Below, in pieces: positions 62,274 through 64,000 of a stretch of 64,000 nt of DNA. Origin of the DNA: Cyclobacteriaceae bacterium (GTDB lineage: Bacteria; Bacteroidota; Bacteroidia; Cytophagales; Cyclobacteriaceae); contig JAYVTC010000131.1 in NCBI GenBank assembly GCA_043774745.1, forward strand, positions 20,476 to 84,475. The letters run 5' to 3'. Both the position numbers and the translations under genes were made by a program. The notes beneath the pieces were generated by a model. It did no database searches and was not told the DNA's origin. It was given only the letters and a program-made list of their open reading frames with translations. Within the stretch, counting starts at the first letter, position 1, and every line of letters begins with the position of its first letter.

Positions 62274-63299
62274 ATGGGATTTTTTGATTTCTTTACCACT
62301 GACATTGCGATCGATCTGGGAACTGCCAATACACTTATTATTCATAACGATAAAGTCGTGGTAGATGAGCCATCCATTATTGCACTTGACCGAACTACCG
62401 GCAAAGTGATTGCCATCGGTCGTGAAGCCATGCAGATGCACGAGAAAACTCATGACAACATAAAAACAATTCGTCCATTGAAGGAAGGTGTGATTGCTGA
62501 CTTTCACGCAGCCGAGATGATGATTCGCGGAATGATTAAGATGATCGATACGGGGCGTAGACTTTTTCCACCTTCTTTACGCATGGTGATTTGTATTCCA
62601 TCTGCGATTACCGAAGTAGAGAAGCGTGCTGTGCGCGACTCAGCGGAACATGCAAACGCAAAAGAAGTTTATATGATTCATGAACCGCTGGCAGCAGCCA
62701 TTGGAATTGGAATTGACATTGAAGAACCAGTAGGTAACATGATCGTGGATATTGGAGGAGGAACTACTGACATTGCCGTGATTGCGCTTTCCGGAATTGT
62801 ATGTGATCAATCCATACGCATAGCAGGAGATACTTTTAATCGTGACATTCTCGATTACATGCGCAGACAACATAACCTGTTGATCGGTGAGCGTTCTGCC
62901 GAGCGGGTGAAGATTGAGGTAGGCTCAGCGCTAACTGAATTAGATGACGGTCCTGATGATTATGAAATTCGTGGTCGCGATTTAATGACAGGAATTCCCA
63001 AGACAATTAAGATATCGTATTCAGAAGTTGCTTTCGCACTCGATAAGTCTATTTCTAAATTAGAAGAAGCAGTGCTCAAAGCGCTTGAACTTTCTCCACC
63101 TGAACTTTCAGCAGATATTTATGAGCAAGGAATTTATTTGACTGGAGGAGGAGCGATGTTGCGTGGTCTGGACAAACGACTTTCGCTAAAAACAAAATTG
63201 CCAATTCATGTAGCTGATGATCCATTGAGAGCAGTTGTGAGAGGCACTGGTGCAGCGTTAAAGAATTTGGGAAAATACAGAAAGGTTTTGATGACATAA
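62274..63299 (+). CDS. mreB: rod shape-determining protein MreB
   Basis: DIAIDLGTANT, DIGGGTTD and LTGGGAMLRGLD actin-fold motifs. Confidence 0.95.
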   Translation: MGFFDFFTTDIAIDLGTANTLIIHNDKVVVDEPSIIALDRTTGKVIAIGREAMQMHEKTHDNIKTIRPLKEGVIADFHAAEMMIRGMIKMIDTGRRLFPPSLRMVICIPSAITEVEKRAVRDSAEHANAKEVYMIHEPLAAAIGIGIDIEEPVGNMIVDIGGGTTDIAVIALSGIVCDQSIRIAGDTFNRDILDYMRRQHNLLIGERSAERVKIEVGSALTELDDGPDDYEIRGRDLMTGIPKTIKISYSEVAFALDKSISKLEEAVLKALELSPPELSADIYEQGIYLTGGGAMLRGLDKRLSLKTKLPIHVADDPLRAVVRGTGAALKNLGKYRKVLMT

Positions 63300-63302
63300 T
63301 GA

Positions 63303-64000
63303 ATGGAGAGACTCTTAAAGTTTATTTATGAGTATCGGGCTTTTTTTACATTCCTACTTCTTGAATTGACTTGCGCCTGGTTGATTGTAGAAAATAATCG
63401 ATTTCAGAGTTCTGCTTATTTTAATTCCTCCAATCGTATGGCAGCGGGTGTACTTGGATTTTCTCAGGGTGTTAGAGAATATTTTTCATTGCGAAACATC
63501 AATAGAGATCTGGCTGAGGAAAATGCCATTTTGCGCACTGCCCTGGAGCAGCGCAATCAACGAATATTTACTGATCAAATACCGGAGCTTAAGGATCCCC
63601 TGATTAGTAATCGGTTTGAATATATAGATGCAAAAGTGATATCAAATTCAACCCGATTTTATAAAAACTACATTACCGTTGACAAAGGAAAATTGGATGG
63701 CATTAAGCCGGGTATGGCAGCCATAAATTCTTTGGGTGCAGTAGGAAAGGTGAAGTCTGTATCCGATCATTTCTCTGTTTTGATTTCATTGCTGCATACC
63801 GATGAGATGGTTTCCTGCGTTGTCAACCGGAAGGAATATTTTGGCACGGCTCAGTGGGATGGAACGGATACGCGCTTTACAAATCTTCGTTACATTCCCC
63901 GGCACGCCAACCCCTCTGTTGGTGATACTGTTGTTACTTCCGGATACAATTCAATTTTTCCGAAAGGAGTTTTAGTAGGAGTCATACATAGTGCTACATT
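63303..64000 (+). CDS. mreC: rod shape-determining protein MreC (N-terminal part, runs off the right edge)
   Basis: My own translation from the ATG at 63303 gives MERLLKFIYEYRAFFTFLLLELTCAWLIVENNRFQSSAY...LAEENAILRTALEQ, i.e. a TM anchor plus coiled coil. It lies 4 nt after mreB and remains open to the window end. Confidence 0.75.
   Translation, partial: MERLLKFIYEYRAFFTFLLLELTCAWLIVENNRFQSSAYFNSSNRMAAGVLGFSQGVREYFSLRNINRDLAEENAILRTALEQRNQRIFTDQIPELKDPLISNRFEYIDAKVISNSTRFYKNYITVDKGKLDGIKPGMAAINSLGAVGKVKSVSDHFSVLISLLHTDEMVSCVVNRKEYFGTAQWDGTDTRFTNLRYIPRHANPSVGDTVVTSGYNSIFPKGVLVGVIHSAT

Overview
This is a densely packed chromosomal window from a Bacteroidota genome, probably Cytophagia/Sphingobacteriia-like. 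Supporting signs are roughly 40% GC by eye, a 2387-aa SprA type IX secretion (T9SS) translocon gene, T9SS C-terminal sorting domains and TAnnTTTG-type -7 boxes. I can support about 55 protein genes, most of them housekeeping: lipA, gcvH, ruvA, maeB, gatA, tatA, purN, purH, def, ruvX and mreBC, plus cell-envelope genes. No rRNA, tRNA, CRISPR array, integrase or prophage block was seen. Several parts go beyond routine. (1) An ORF-bearing group II intron (endonuclease-less RT/maturase, recognisable domain V) sits at about 44.87-46.82 kb, in the spacer after two tandem T9SS cargo paralogs. Its 5' splice site can be placed by a 7-nt EBS1/IBS1 complementarity. The RT is a true intron RT, not a retron or defence RT. 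(2) An NAD-centred gene neighbourhood spans 1-14.5 kb. It holds a kynurenine-pathway operon, a semialdehyde dehydrogenase, pnuC-nadR, a lipoprotein nucleoside hydrolase, a sugar transporter and ribokinase. (3) A 600-bp insertion sits between nadR and the nucleoside hydrolase. It carries a decayed esterase-like pseudogene and is bracketed by a duplicated copy of the nadR 3' end. (4) A TPP riboswitch lies in front of a TonB-dependent receptor. (5) A hicB-hicA module is wedged, with overlapping start and stop codons, between def and an aminotransferase gene. I did not find a convincing wholly new multi-gene system. The candidates of unknown function are listed with modest interest scores.
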